From the sequence record MW822008.1: DNA of 64,000 nt; one strand, given 5' to 3'. The stretch comes from Escherichia phage BF17. Position numbers and translations under genes: made by a program. Under the pieces are notes generated by a model. That model was not told the DNA's origin, searched no databases, and worked only from the letters and a program-made list of their open reading frames with translations. Below are positions 28,839-38,622 of this stretch, in pieces. Numbering within the stretch: the first letter of the stretch is position 1; each line of letters begins with the position of its first letter.

Positions 28839-29360
28839 ATGTCGAAGAAGGATGCTTCGAAAAAACATTCAGTACATTTTAGTACTGGAAAAGATAACTG
28901 GACAACTCCAAAGGATTTCTTTGAAGATTTGGATGAACTCTGGGAATTTACACTAGATGCAGCATGTGTCAAAGAAACTGCATTGTGTGATAATTTTTTC
29001 ACTCCAGAAGATGATTCACTGTCACAGGATTGGGGAAATAATATAGTTTGGTTGAATCCACCATATAGTGACTTGAAAACTTGGTTATCTAAAGCAGTAG
29101 ATGCATATAATAACGGGGCAACTGTAGTTATTCTTGTACCCTCAAGAACCGATACAATTGCTTTTCAGGATTATGCTGCTAAAATATGTGATTGTATTTG
29201 TTTTATTAAGGGAAGATTGAGATTTGGTATACCAGAAGAACCCGATAAGAAAACAGATTCAGCACCATTTCCTTCGTGTCTGATAGTACTGGATAAGTAC
29301 TTAACCACTGCTAAAATCAATTATCTTAAATCTCTTGGGTTGGTGATGAAGAATTTATGA
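28839..29360 (+). CDS. DNA N6-adenine methyltransferase (phage Dam family)
   Basis: NPPY catalytic motif (WLNPPYSD); size and layout typical of phage N6A MTases. Confidence 0.8.
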   Translation: MSKKDASKKHSVHFSTGKDNWTTPKDFFEDLDELWEFTLDAACVKETALCDNFFTPEDDSLSQDWGNNIVWLNPPYSDLKTWLSKAVDAYNNGATVVILVPSRTDTIAFQDYAAKICDCICFIKGRLRFGIPEEPDKKTDSAPFPSCLIVLDKYLTTAKINYLKSLGLVMKNL

Positions 29361-29890
29361 AAGAAACATGCGTATTAACTTTTGGACGTGTTAATCCCGT
29401 ACATCGTGGACATGGTTTAGTTTTTGAAAAGGCCAAAACATTACAAGAACAGTACAATGCTGATTTAAAAATATATCTAAGCACCAGTACTGACAATATA
29501 AAAAACCCACTCCCACCTGAACTAAAAATGTATTATACAGAGGGATTCTATCCTTCAGTGCAAGAGAACATCTACACAGAAGACAATCTATTTGATATAA
29601 TGAGAGAACTGGATGGAAAGTACTTAGATGTTCTTTTCATATGTGGTTCTGACCGTATTGATTCTTTTCAAAAAACTCTTGACATGTACAATGGTAAGTT
29701 GTATAATTTTTGTAGTATAAAAGCAATTCAAGCAGGTATTGACCGTAATGTAAGTCAATATAGCTCAACACAAATGCGTAACTTCGCAAAAAATGAAGAT
29801 TTTGATAGTTTTCGTGAGTTTTTACCTGGAAATGACGAGGACTTAAAAATACAATTATTTGAAGACGTTATAAAATACATGAGGAAATAA
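29357..29890 (+). CDS. nucleotidyltransferase, NMN/NaMN adenylyltransferase-like
   Basis: GxFxPxHxGH motif (FGRVNPVHRGHG) and SSTxxR motif; ATGA-coupled to the MTase gene. Confidence 0.65.
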   Translation: MKETCVLTFGRVNPVHRGHGLVFEKAKTLQEQYNADLKIYLSTSTDNIKNPLPPELKMYYTEGFYPSVQENIYTEDNLFDIMRELDGKYLDVLFICGSDRIDSFQKTLDMYNGKLYNFCSIKAIQAGIDRNVSQYSSTQMRNFAKNEDFDSFREFLPGNDEDLKIQLFEDVIKYMRK

Positions 29891-29892
29891 TT

Positions 29893-30186
29893 ATGTCAGT
29901 ACTGTTCAAAACCAATCCAGTACTTTGGGATCAAAATGAGCAATCAGGATTTCGTTCCATCCATGTTGAATACAAAGGTAATACTGTAGTTGCAATTATT
30001 GCTAACAAAACTCTAGGAAACTGGACTGCACAGGTTGTTCCTATGGGATATTCTTACACATCTGATGAGGTTCAATTCCTGGCTGAACTATATCGTCAAG
30101 TGCCGTTTATCATTAATGTACTAGAAGGTAATGATACATTATCACATGCAGATGTGATTAATTTTCTTGGAAACTTGCATGTGTGA
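29893..30186 (+). CDS. hypothetical protein
   Basis: 97 aa track ORF. Confidence 0.5.
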   Translation: MSVLFKTNPVLWDQNEQSGFRSIHVEYKGNTVVAIIANKTLGNWTAQVVPMGYSYTSDEVQFLAELYRQVPFIINVLEGNDTLSHADVINFLGNLHV

Positions 30187-30466
30187 TGAAATAAATCTTA
30201 CAGGATATTTTTTACAAGAATCAATGATTAAATTTAGTGATAAATTTTCAGTACTGGATGGTATCGAAATGTGGCATGTCAAACCACTGTTCCACACTTT
30301 CAGTAAAGAGCACAAAATGTTATTGACTGAAGCCAGTAAATCAAATAACATATGTGAAATCAAAATTGGTGTAAATGTCTATAAAGGGATGGTTATCTTT
30401 TTTGACAATAACAGCAACTACTTTTATATTGTTAAGGAGCATTACGTTGACAAATACAAATACTAA
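30179..30466 (+). CDS. hypothetical protein
   Basis: Track ORF 30167..30466; ATG 30179. Confidence 0.45.
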   Translation: MCDEINLTGYFLQESMIKFSDKFSVLDGIEMWHVKPLFHTFSKEHKMLLTEASKSNNICEIKIGVNVYKGMVIFFDNNSNYFYIVKEHYVDKYKY

Positions 30467-31067
30467 TACATATTTCCGTTATCTTCGATTAGGTCTTTCC
30501 CTACGTCCGATCCGTGGAAAGTGCGATTCACTCGCTGACCTTGACTATGCATATGCATTACATCATGAAGGTGTACAGTATGTATTGGGTGATTATGGTG
30601 AATTTGAAGAAACAAATGACAGTACTGGAATTAATGCTGGTGTAGAAAATCTTAACAACATTGCTAACAGTTCTCGCCATGACATTGTGTTACAGATTCA
30701 AAACTTTATTGAGCAACACACAGGCAAACGTGTTTGGTGCTATGTCGGTACTGATGCACAAATGTCAATTTCATTCGGTAACGATGAAGGATATGTTGCA
30801 CAGCTTATTATGGATTTTGAATCTGAAGAGAAGTTTTTAGAATTCAAAGAAAAGATTATTCAGTCACTTGTTGATATGGGTATCCCCGAAGATAAAATGC
30901 CAGAAGTTCAAAACATTGATGAATTTGTTTTGATTCCATCTGATGAGAAATATGATGCAATGTTTACTGCTCTTAATATTCCAGGAGTTATTGTGGAGTA
31001 CTTTGATGATGGTGATGATAGTATCTATATCGATCTAGATGACGATGACGATGACGACGATGAATAA
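30447..31067 (+). CDS. acidic protein with poly-Asp C-terminal tail
   Basis: Track ORF 30375..31067; TTG 30447 seven nt after AAGGAG; ends DLDDDDDDDDE. Confidence 0.5.
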   Translation: MTNTNTNTYFRYLRLGLSLRPIRGKCDSLADLDYAYALHHEGVQYVLGDYGEFEETNDSTGINAGVENLNNIANSSRHDIVLQIQNFIEQHTGKRVWCYVGTDAQMSISFGNDEGYVAQLIMDFESEEKFLEFKEKIIQSLVDMGIPEDKMPEVQNIDEFVLIPSDEKYDAMFTALNIPGVIVEYFDDGDDSIYIDLDDDDDDDDE

Positions 31068-31074
31068 TGTACAT

Positions 31075-31102
31075 AGCCCGACATAAGTTCGGGCTATTTT
31101 TG
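31075..31102 (+). terminator. intrinsic terminator
   Basis: agcccg-acataagt-tcgggct hairpin followed by ATTTTTG. Confidence 0.6.
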
Positions 31103-31113
31103 TAAGGGGATAT

Positions 31114-31389
31114 ATGAATTATAAAGTTCTACAATATACATACAGTGTTTTGTTTGATTTACATCACAATGGAAGATATCTCAATACAATACGAGAAAAC
31201 ACATTCACTCATACTATCTGGATTAATCACTTAATAATGATACGTGAATATTTTGTTAATAGTGAGATAATCATTCGTGGTAAAAAACAGAAGATAGAAC
31301 AAGTTAATAGTTTTGGTGGTAAATTAGTACTATCATTTATAGATAGTAATACTAATGAAAGATATAGTATAGATTTGGTGGACATATGA
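31114..31389 (+). CDS. hypothetical small protein, family B
   Basis: 91 aa; N-terminal YxYxxLFDL pattern shared with following ORFs. Confidence 0.55.
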   Translation: MNYKVLQYTYSVLFDLHHNGRYLNTIRENTFTHTIWINHLIMIREYFVNSEIIIRGKKQKIEQVNSFGGKLVLSFIDSNTNERYSIDLVDI

Positions 31390-31652
31390 ATTATAAAGAT
31401 TTCCTACTAACATACAAGATTATTCGAGATTTAGCACACGACAATGATAGCCCTAGTCTAGAAGACACATGCACTGAAATGATTCATACGATTCGTGGTA
31501 AGATTAAAAAAAAATTCAGTACTGTTATTATTGGTGATGACCATGCAGAATTTTCTGATATAATCATTAGACGTGATGGTAAAGTTGAGGTTCAGTACTA
31601 CACTGATTTTGGATTTACCAGTATTCCGTTGGAGATATTCCCTTGGGATTAA
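31386..31652 (+). CDS. hypothetical small protein, family B
   Basis: ATGA overlap; paralog of neighbours. Confidence 0.55.
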   Translation: MNYKDFLLTYKIIRDLAHDNDSPSLEDTCTEMIHTIRGKIKKKFSTVIIGDDHAEFSDIIIRRDGKVEVQYYTDFGFTSIPLEIFPWD

Positions 31653-31954
31653 ATTTAAATGATATACAATTCACTTATAAGATCCTATATGATTTGTATG
31701 ATGTATACCTTGTTAGTAACAACATAGGTTCACATAACCGATCCAAAGAACAACCATTTATTGATTTATATATTGAGTACTTAGATTCAGTAGGTGAATA
31801 TATAAAAAAGAATTACAGTACTTTTATCGATGGAAATGATAAATTCGATTTCTATGGTGTACAATCATATAATGGTATAATCCATGTTCAATTTCAGGAA
31901 ATAACCGATAGGGGATTTATCGAGATTAAAGTTGTGAAGTTGGTGAATTTATAA
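31643..31954 (+). CDS. hypothetical small protein, family B
   Basis: No in-frame ATG; TTG start 8 nt after GGAG; LNDIQFTYKILYDLY. Confidence 0.5.
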   Translation: MGLNLNDIQFTYKILYDLYDVYLVSNNIGSHNRSKEQPFIDLYIEYLDSVGEYIKKNYSTFIDGNDKFDFYGVQSYNGIIHVQFQEITDRGFIEIKVVKLVNL

Positions 31955-31964
31955 GAGGTTACAT

Positions 31965-32276
31965 ATGTTATTAAATGATATACAATTCACATACAAATTT
32001 TTGTATATCCAATACGCTACGGTTGATGCTGGAGAATATCTCTACAGTGAAATCTATCGTTCGGTATGGATAAAGTTTTTGGATGAATTACATGAATATT
32101 ACCATGATTTGTGCATAGTTCGTGATAATAAAATATACAAATTCCGCGATATTGTTAGTCATAGCGGTAAGCTACGATTGGAATTAAGTACTGATAGTGA
32201 TGTTGATTGGATTGGTGTAAATTTACTGGAGTTGGAGAATGAAAAACAACTTAAAGGAAATACAAGTATTTTATAA
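31965..32276 (+). CDS. hypothetical small protein, family B
   Basis: LLNDIQFTYKFLY near-identical N-terminus to previous. Confidence 0.55.
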   Translation: MLLNDIQFTYKFLYIQYATVDAGEYLYSEIYRSVWIKFLDELHEYYHDLCIVRDNKIYKFRDIVSHSGKLRLELSTDSDVDWIGVNLLELENEKQLKGNTSIL

Positions 32277-32523
32277 ATTCTTATACTTGTCATATGTAAA
32301 AGATGAGTACTATGAAAGTGTGTATTATTTTTTATGGCAACATTACCGTACTATAGTAAGAGATTTATATATAGGAAAATCTATCATATCCAATGGTGAA
32401 AAATGTATATGTACGGATGTAGTTAGTTTTAATGGTTCTTTAACACTGTGTTTCAGATGCGATAATAATAGTGGGTCATTTTCATTAAACGTATATCAGT
32501 TAGAAGGAATAAATTTTGAATAA
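32239..32523 (+). CDS. hypothetical small protein, family B
   Basis: KEIQVFYKFLYLSY; GGAG RBS. Confidence 0.55.
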   Translation: MKNNLKEIQVFYKFLYLSYVKDEYYESVYYFLWQHYRTIVRDLYIGKSIISNGEKCICTDVVSFNGSLTLCFRCDNNSGSFSLNVYQLEGINFE

Positions 32524-32716
32524 ATGTCCATATTGTAACAGTACTCAATTAGCTCGTTTCCGTTTAGATTCAGACTGGGCGACTGGTGCTGGTGATTTCT
32601 TCCCTATTAATGATGATGCGGAATACACCGAAGAACAGCACAAAGATTTTGATAAATCATGGCGACCTGACATTGAGTGCATTTATTGCCTTAATTGTGA
32701 GCGTGTTCATGACTAA
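32516..32716 (+). CDS. zinc-ribbon small protein
   Basis: CPYC ... CIYCLNC four-Cys arrangement. Confidence 0.5.
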   Translation: MNKCPYCNSTQLARFRLDSDWATGAGDFFPINDDAEYTEEQHKDFDKSWRPDIECIYCLNCERVHD

Positions 32717-32972
32717 AGCTGAACTAATAGTTCATACATATAAAATGATATCAAGTACTGAGTTATCATATAGTGCAGATAATCCAGTACTGGATTATTT
32801 TGTTGAATTATTGAAAGAGCATTATATTGGTAAATCACTGATTCTTAATAATATTAATTTCACGGTAAAGGATGTAGCACCTGGAAAAAACGTACTAATA
32901 GTATGTGTTACTTCATCTGATAACCCAGTATACCCAATATCAATAATTTTTGAGATATTAGGAGATTTATGA
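32709..32972 (+). CDS. hypothetical small protein, family B
   Basis: Track ORF 32586..32972; ATG 32709 overlaps previous stop. Confidence 0.5.
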   Translation: MTKAELIVHTYKMISSTELSYSADNPVLDYFVELLKEHYIGKSLILNNINFTVKDVAPGKNVLIVCVTSSDNPVYPISIIFEILGDL

Positions 32973-33259
32973 ATATCATTTTAATGCAGAAAACATATGC
33001 TATATTGGTGAAAGATTATTCCATTACTTTCGATTCACAAGAAAGTGCTCTACATAACCTATACAAAAACGTAACACAAGAATACAGAAATATGTTTTCT
33101 GACTTAGTAGTAGGAAGGTATTTCAGTACTAGAAAATACCCAAAACTTCAAATAGTTGATGTTTCTTTTTATTTCAATGGTCATATTACTATTCATAGTT
33201 TAGACCAAGATTCAACAACGTACTTAAACTTTTCATTTGATGAGGTAACATTTTTATGA
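32969..33259 (+). CDS. hypothetical small protein, family B
   Basis: 96 aa; ATGA overlap. Confidence 0.5.
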   Translation: MNIILMQKTYAILVKDYSITFDSQESALHNLYKNVTQEYRNMFSDLVVGRYFSTRKYPKLQIVDVSFYFNGHITIHSLDQDSTTYLNFSFDEVTFL

Positions 33260-33432
33260 GAACAGTATTTTTTATCTGGAGTCTTTTTTCATTGGCAGTA
33301 CTGACAGTATGTGGGATTTGTTTCCTTTCATCAATTAATACTTGGTATATCAATTTACTATTTCCATTTGTCGGTGTTGGTTTAGGGTTTACTTTGCATA
33401 GTGTATGTAAGGATTACAATGAGAACAAATGA
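33256..33432 (+). CDS. small hydrophobic membrane protein (58 aa)
   Basis: Untracked ORF; ATGA overlap with upstream stop; two hydrophobic segments. Confidence 0.4.
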   Translation: MRTVFFIWSLFSLAVLTVCGICFLSSINTWYINLLFPFVGVGLGFTLHSVCKDYNENK

Positions 33433-33697
33433 AGTACTTATTGCTGAAACAATGAAGATGATTTACAATATCACGTCAGCACAGAATATGCCCTATCCAA
33501 CTAAGTCTTTATTGAGGACTGTGTATCTGGGGATAGTACAGGAGTACTACAAATCCAAGCACCGAAGCATTATTAGTGTTTATCGTGATTATGAAAGGAT
33601 TCGTATTTTATTCTGGAACAAGAATCGAGTACGTTCTGAATGTGACCTAGTGGACTTTAAATTAGAGAATCTTTATTGCTATAAACAGGGACAATAG
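33419..33697 (+). CDS. hypothetical protein
   Basis: Track ORF 33401..33697; ATG 33419 after AAGGA. Confidence 0.45.
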   Translation: MRTNEVLIAETMKMIYNITSAQNMPYPTKSLLRTVYLGIVQEYYKSKHRSIISVYRDYERIRILFWNKNRVRSECDLVDFKLENLYCYKQGQ

Positions 33698-33715
33698 TTT
33701 AATTCATGATATAAT
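33688..33715 (+). promoter_or_regulatory. sigma70-like early promoter
   Basis: GGGACA -35-like, 16 nt spacer, TGaTATAAT (-10 at 33710-33715). Confidence 0.4.
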
Positions 33716-33755
33716 AATGGGTAAGGAACAATAATTAACACAAGGAGTGTGTGAA

Positions 33756-34484
33756 ATGCTTGACCGTATCCGTTTCGCTACAGAGATGGCGAATGAATTA
33801 AACATGGCAAATTTCCAAATGTTAACATCAGTAATGGCTGAACATGCATGTGCTTATTCTGTAAGTGGTGTGCAGTGTGGTCAGGAGAATATGTTAGCAG
33901 ATGTTTATAGTGAAGTGCAAAGTAAGCAATATAGTGTGAAGACATATAAGGATAAGTTTGTTAGTCTTTATATGAACGAAGATATTGCCGAAGACCGCAA
34001 ATTCACTGATTTTATTATTGAACGCCGAGTATCAGGTGTATCTAATCCTAATGCATCAAGCGAGGAAGTTTTTGCAGAAGTACTGAAAGATATATACGAA
34101 AATGAATTAAAAAGTAAGAATCATTACAATGTACGTGAAACTAACACAGTGCTCTTGGGATATGATGAAGACGAAGAATACTATTATTTTCGTATGACTG
34201 AAGTTCCTTTTGAATACAAATCTCCATATACAACTACAGTGAAAGAATTTACTGAAAAAAGTAAAAACTTCATGAAGCATGAAGGAAATCGTTGTAGTAT
34301 AAATGGTTATGACGAAAATGGCATTCACATTTATGAGTGGGTTCACCCAAATTGTCAGACATACACTCGTTGCTTGAAAAAACGTTATAATTTAGAAGAG
34401 CATGAATCATTCTATTTTAAAGTTAAGAAGCAAGGTTATACTCGCCCCGCTGATTCTGAATTGTTGGGTATGATATATTTCTAA
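33756..34484 (+). CDS. hypothetical protein
   Basis: Track ORF 33747..34484; ATG 33756 seven nt after AAGGAG. Confidence 0.55.
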   Translation: MLDRIRFATEMANELNMANFQMLTSVMAEHACAYSVSGVQCGQENMLADVYSEVQSKQYSVKTYKDKFVSLYMNEDIAEDRKFTDFIIERRVSGVSNPNASSEEVFAEVLKDIYENELKSKNHYNVRETNTVLLGYDEDEEYYYFRMTEVPFEYKSPYTTTVKEFTEKSKNFMKHEGNRCSINGYDENGIHIYEWVHPNCQTYTRCLKKRYNLEEHESFYFKVKKQGYTRPADSELLGMIYF

Positions 34485-34494
34485 GGAAACGGCT

Positions 34495-34776
34495 ATGGAT
34501 TTTTATCTACACACATGGACATACGAACAATATATTACATTATATCTTGAAATTATTAACACAGAACCTAGGTGTGGTTGTTGGTTCGCAGATATCATAA
34601 AAGAGTATGCTGACGAGTTCGAGTTTGTGTATCTTGGGTCTGATATATTTGTAAAAAGTGTAGGTAAAACCGGACGAATCACTGATATAGATTACGACAC
34701 TGTTAGTGTTAATTTCTATGTTGATTTTCCTGATACTGGCGTTGATGGTGTATATTGTCTTTATGAAATAATTTAA
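34495..34776 (+). CDS. hypothetical protein
   Basis: 93 aa track ORF. Confidence 0.5.
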   Translation: MDFYLHTWTYEQYITLYLEIINTEPRCGCWFADIIKEYADEFEFVYLGSDIFVKSVGKTGRITDIDYDTVSVNFYVDFPDTGVDGVYCLYEII

Positions 34777-34783
34777 ATTCTTA

Positions 34784-34808
34784 GGCCAGCGTTTGCTGGT
34801 CTTTTTTC
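34784..34808 (+). terminator. intrinsic terminator
   Basis: gccagc-gttt-gctggt hairpin followed by CTTTTTT. Confidence 0.55.
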
Positions 34809-34820
34809 GCAGGTACAAAG

Positions 34821-35123
34821 ATGTTCAGTATAGATTTAATTAACAGTACTATCAAAATGTTGGCTGATTTGGTGAGACAATCCAATGGAACTTTATATCC
34901 ATCAATGTATAAAATGTTTGACCGATACATCAAGGATTGTAACATATCATTATATGGACTTACTGTTGATATAGACGATTACTATGGAATTAATACTTCA
35001 TATAAAACAGGAATTTTAATTGGTATTAATATAAAGATGGGGTATTTCCCTTATTACTGTATAGGATTACCAGATAATACTTTGGTAGAATATCCAGCCA
35101 GTACTATTAAATTAAGAGGATAA
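34821..35123 (+). CDS. hypothetical protein
   Basis: 100 aa track ORF. Confidence 0.5.
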   Translation: MFSIDLINSTIKMLADLVRQSNGTLYPSMYKMFDRYIKDCNISLYGLTVDIDDYYGINTSYKTGILIGINIKMGYFPYYCIGLPDNTLVEYPASTIKLRG

Positions 35124-35130
35124 AACTAAA

Positions 35131-35709
35131 ATGAATGTATTAGAATTAAGTACTAAGCTGATTAGTATGCGTAATGAGTGGTACGATTGGTTTTATAATG
35201 GTACTGATATGAATTTTTCAAAATATCCATTTATGGAATCAGGATGTGATTCAAGATACCGCTGGTTGAGCAAAAGTGATTCTGGTTTACATATTAGAAT
35301 CGATGATAGTGGTCGAGGAATTATACACGATTTACTTCAAGTTGATCAATTCGTCCATGACAATTGGTGTGATAACGATCCATACCTTGGAAATATGATT
35401 TATATAAGTGAAGATGATTGCGTATTCGTTATCCAGCGACATGGTAATTCTATGTTTTATGTAGCAGACAGCAGTACACCAGAAGGTGCAGCAGCCGATG
35501 GACTTATGCCTAAGATTGATATATTGGAATTTGGATTACCTGAGCACTTCCAGATTAGTACTTTATACGATATTCCACCACTTGAGTTCTTTGAAGAATT
35601 TAAATTGTACTTCAATGATCTTCAAAAATTGAGTACTGATAGACGCATTGAAATAACTGTTAAGTACATGGACGGAACGAAATTAACCGATACGGGGATA
35701 GAATTTTGA
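35131..35709 (+). CDS. hypothetical protein, FQ-motif paralog family
   Basis: Motif PEHFQISTLYDIPPLEF. Confidence 0.6.
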   Translation: MNVLELSTKLISMRNEWYDWFYNGTDMNFSKYPFMESGCDSRYRWLSKSDSGLHIRIDDSGRGIIHDLLQVDQFVHDNWCDNDPYLGNMIYISEDDCVFVIQRHGNSMFYVADSSTPEGAAADGLMPKIDILEFGLPEHFQISTLYDIPPLEFFEEFKLYFNDLQKLSTDRRIEITVKYMDGTKLTDTGIEF

Positions 35710-36395
35710 TTAAAGATTTAGATAGAATTTTATATGTACTAAGGGGTGTAATTACATTACATCCACAAATCAATCGAATTGAAAGTACATTTCAGTTGGA
35801 GTCAAGAGAAACTCCATATTCACATATATCAAATGTAGTTGGTTCACTCAGTACTGAAGACTCGTCTTACGATATTTGTGTATGTGAAGTACAACCAAGT
35901 TCGGATCTTGGATTTGCTATTTTTGATAAAAATCAAAATCTCATTAGTATGTTTCAGTGCAATAATCCTTTTTGGAAAACATGCCTGTATCCAGAGTGGG
36001 CTATGCTTGATCCAACCAAGAGTACCATTAAAGTTTATGACTCTAAAAATGATGAAGTCGTTATTGATTTAGATGAGTCAATGTCAGAGGAAGAACACTT
36101 TCAGCTAATGATGATGCGTGCTATGCCTGAATACAATGCAATGATTAACACAGTGCAATACATTAAGGATACCATGCCAGCGTTGCGTACACATGAGTTT
36201 TGTCATCCGGTATTGTATGAACATCTAGATTTAGACTTCAGTACTATTAAATTTAAAGATAGTGTTAAAAAATATATTCAAGAGAATGTTAAATTTGATT
36301 TTATTAGTACTATGAACAATAATCCAAAAACTAATTTTAGGCATCAGTACAATGAATCTTTGTCTAATGGACGTGATACCAGTTGGTGGAAATAA
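35706..36395 (+). CDS. hypothetical protein, FQ-motif paralog family (divergent)
   Basis: Motif EEEHFQLMMMRAMPEY. Confidence 0.55.
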   Translation: MIKDLDRILYVLRGVITLHPQINRIESTFQLESRETPYSHISNVVGSLSTEDSSYDICVCEVQPSSDLGFAIFDKNQNLISMFQCNNPFWKTCLYPEWAMLDPTKSTIKVYDSKNDEVVIDLDESMSEEEHFQLMMMRAMPEYNAMINTVQYIKDTMPALRTHEFCHPVLYEHLDLDFSTIKFKDSVKKYIQENVKFDFISTMNNNPKTNFRHQYNESLSNGRDTSWWK

Positions 36396-36396
36396 T

Positions 36397-36660
36397 ATGA
36401 ATATTCAAGATAGATTACAATTACTGTACACACTTGAACAGGCTGCTTATGATCTTGTTCGAAAAATCTCAGATGAACTACCTAAAGGAACTAAAGTTCG
36501 TGTACGTGAGATGAATTATTTTTCTGGAGTAATTGAAGAACAAGTACTAACAGTGAATAAAGTAACATACTATGAATCTGAGTTGTCTATTCAGTGTGAA
36601 TCTGATGATGGATTAATATCATATTATGGAACTGATGTAGATATAGAGGTAATAAAATGA
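36397..36660 (+). CDS. hypothetical small protein, family C
   Basis: Track ORF 36352..36660; ATG 36397; LPKGTKVRVREM core. Confidence 0.5.
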   Translation: MNIQDRLQLLYTLEQAAYDLVRKISDELPKGTKVRVREMNYFSGVIEEQVLTVNKVTYYESELSIQCESDDGLISYYGTDVDIEVIK

Positions 36661-37799
36661 CCCTTTTGCAAATATATGAAGATTTAATGCACTTATGTAA
36701 TACAAACGATGCATTCTTTTATGTGGATCATAAAAGTCCTGCTGGTGGCACGTATCGTGTATTCAGTTATCGTCTAGCATCATACACTGATTTCATGCAA
36801 CCAAATGCGTTGGAAACCCGTGGCTCTATGTGGGAAATTGATGAAGAAGGTGACATGATACGTTGTGCAGCACGTACAATGAAAAAGTTCTTCAATGCTT
36901 ACGAGAATCCTGCTACAATGTTCCCTGCTAACACCACATGCGATGACATTGCGGTAGTGATGCCTAAGTTGGATGGCTCGATCATCAGTACTTATCGTGA
37001 TAATGATGGTGAGATTCGTTGTAAATCACATACTGCATTGTATTCTGACCATGCGATTAACAGCACTCGACTTATTAACGAGAACCAGAATTTGTATCAG
37101 TACATCGACGAAGCGGAACGTTTAGGTTACACAGTTAATATGGAGTATACAAGCCCAGAGTACCGAATTGTATTACCATATCAGGTAGAACAACTGTTTG
37201 TACTGAACGTTCGTCATCGTGTGAGTGGTGAGTTGCTTTGTGGTAAAGCACTACGTGATAAGTTTCCATGTCTTGCACAGTACAGTACTAATATGACTGG
37301 AAAAGATATTCATCACACTTTTCCGGTACGAAATACCTTCCGTGAAAGCGTGGAGGAAGTTCATAAAATGCTTGATATTGAGGGTTTTGTGTGCATCCTA
37401 AATAATGGGACAATGTGTAAAATAAAGACTGACTGGTACAGTTCATTACATCTTACAAAAGATAGTATTATTATTGATTCTCATTTATATGAAGCAGTAT
37501 TAAATGGTTCAAGTGATGATTTAAAACAATTGTTCAGTACTGATGAATATGCTATGCAAAAGATATTAAGAATGGAACAATTGGTATTTTCGTGCTATAA
37601 TGCATTACAAGATGAAGTAGAAAGCTTCGTCAAGGAACACAAGCACTTGGAGCGAAAGGAATTCGCAATGAAGGTTCAGGAGTGTTTAACTAATGAACTG
37701 AATCGTCAGGGCTTGGCCTTTGCAATGTATAACAATAAGAAAGTTGATTACAAAGAGACTCTTATAAAATACATGAAAATTGTACTAAAGGATTTTTAG
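36657..37799 (+). CDS. rnlA: RNA ligase 1
   Basis: N-terminus aligns with T4 RnlA (FFYVDHKSPAGGTYRVFSYRLASYTDF vs [27 protein letters not shown]); KxDG adenylation motif VMPKLDGS. Confidence 0.92.
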   Translation: MTLLQIYEDLMHLCNTNDAFFYVDHKSPAGGTYRVFSYRLASYTDFMQPNALETRGSMWEIDEEGDMIRCAARTMKKFFNAYENPATMFPANTTCDDIAVVMPKLDGSIISTYRDNDGEIRCKSHTALYSDHAINSTRLINENQNLYQYIDEAERLGYTVNMEYTSPEYRIVLPYQVEQLFVLNVRHRVSGELLCGKALRDKFPCLAQYSTNMTGKDIHHTFPVRNTFRESVEEVHKMLDIEGFVCILNNGTMCKIKTDWYSSLHLTKDSIIIDSHLYEAVLNGSSDDLKQLFSTDEYAMQKILRMEQLVFSCYNALQDEVESFVKEHKHLERKEFAMKVQECLTNELNRQGLAFAMYNNKKVDYKETLIKYMKIVLKDF

Positions 37800-37829
37800 T
37801 ACTATCTAGCCTAAGCACAAGGAGAAGTG

Positions 37830-38084
37830 ATGGCTAAACCTAAGTATAAAAATGACGGTTCCCTTTCTCCGACTGAGTTCAGGAAAATACAAGAAGAAAT
37901 CGATGAATTACAGCACAAACGCTCAATGAAAGGTGTGAAGATAAGTAAGAAACGAATCGAGAATACCTTCGGATGTAGTAGTACTGAATACAAGAAGAAA
38001 AGGAAACCAAAAGGTGTTAAGCCGAGAATACATGATGTAACTCGCTATACATCGAAACGTGAAAATAAATTTGATCCACTATAA
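37830..38084 (+). CDS. small basic protein
   Basis: Track ORF 37827..38084; ATG 37830 five nt after AAGGAG; Lys/Arg-rich. Confidence 0.5.
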   Translation: MAKPKYKNDGSLSPTEFRKIQEEIDELQHKRSMKGVKISKKRIENTFGCSSTEYKKKRKPKGVKPRIHDVTRYTSKRENKFDPL

Positions 38085-38093
38085 GGAGTTCAT

Positions 38094-38330
38094 ATGAAAG
38101 TTGAAGTTCAGCATAGTATTGTTCAGGATATGTCAGTAGTTAAATTTCTTTCTCTGAAAGATTACTTCAGATGTATCAAGTTCCTAGAAGAATCTCAATT
38201 ACAGTGGACCCCATTAAAGTACAGTTCATCCAATGATACTGCTAGTATTCGTTGTGATGAATCTGTACTTGTGAAAATCTCCAAGCGATTTGGAGTTGGG
38301 AAATATAATGATAAACAATGCACAAAGTAA
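38094..38330 (+). CDS. hypothetical protein
   Basis: 78 aa track ORF. Confidence 0.45.
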   Translation: MKVEVQHSIVQDMSVVKFLSLKDYFRCIKFLEESQLQWTPLKYSSSNDTASIRCDESVLVKISKRFGVGKYNDKQCTK

Positions 38331-38619
38331 TTTACTATATATAAAGTCAGTAGAAGCTGAAATTAAAAATTCAGTACAAACTATCGTCGATGAAATGATT
38401 GACAAATACAAGAGCAATCTTATTGGGAAGAAAGTCAGATGTTGGGATTACACATTCAAACACTGGTACGATTCCGAGATTGTGAAAGTTGATGTGAATA
38501 CTGATAGTAATGGTCTAATTAATGGTATTGCGTATATTGGTGTTTTAATACGCAAGGGAACACCACAGGAATGGCTAACTTATCATAATATAGAGCATGT
38601 TAAATTTTTAGAGGATTAA
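38308..38619 (+). CDS. hypothetical small protein, family C
   Basis: Track ORF 38290..38619; ATG 38308; KYKSNLIGKKVRCWDY core. Confidence 0.5.
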   Translation: MINNAQSNLLYIKSVEAEIKNSVQTIVDEMIDKYKSNLIGKKVRCWDYTFKHWYDSEIVKVDVNTDSNGLINGIAYIGVLIRKGTPQEWLTYHNIEHVKFLED

Positions 38620-38622
38620 AGG

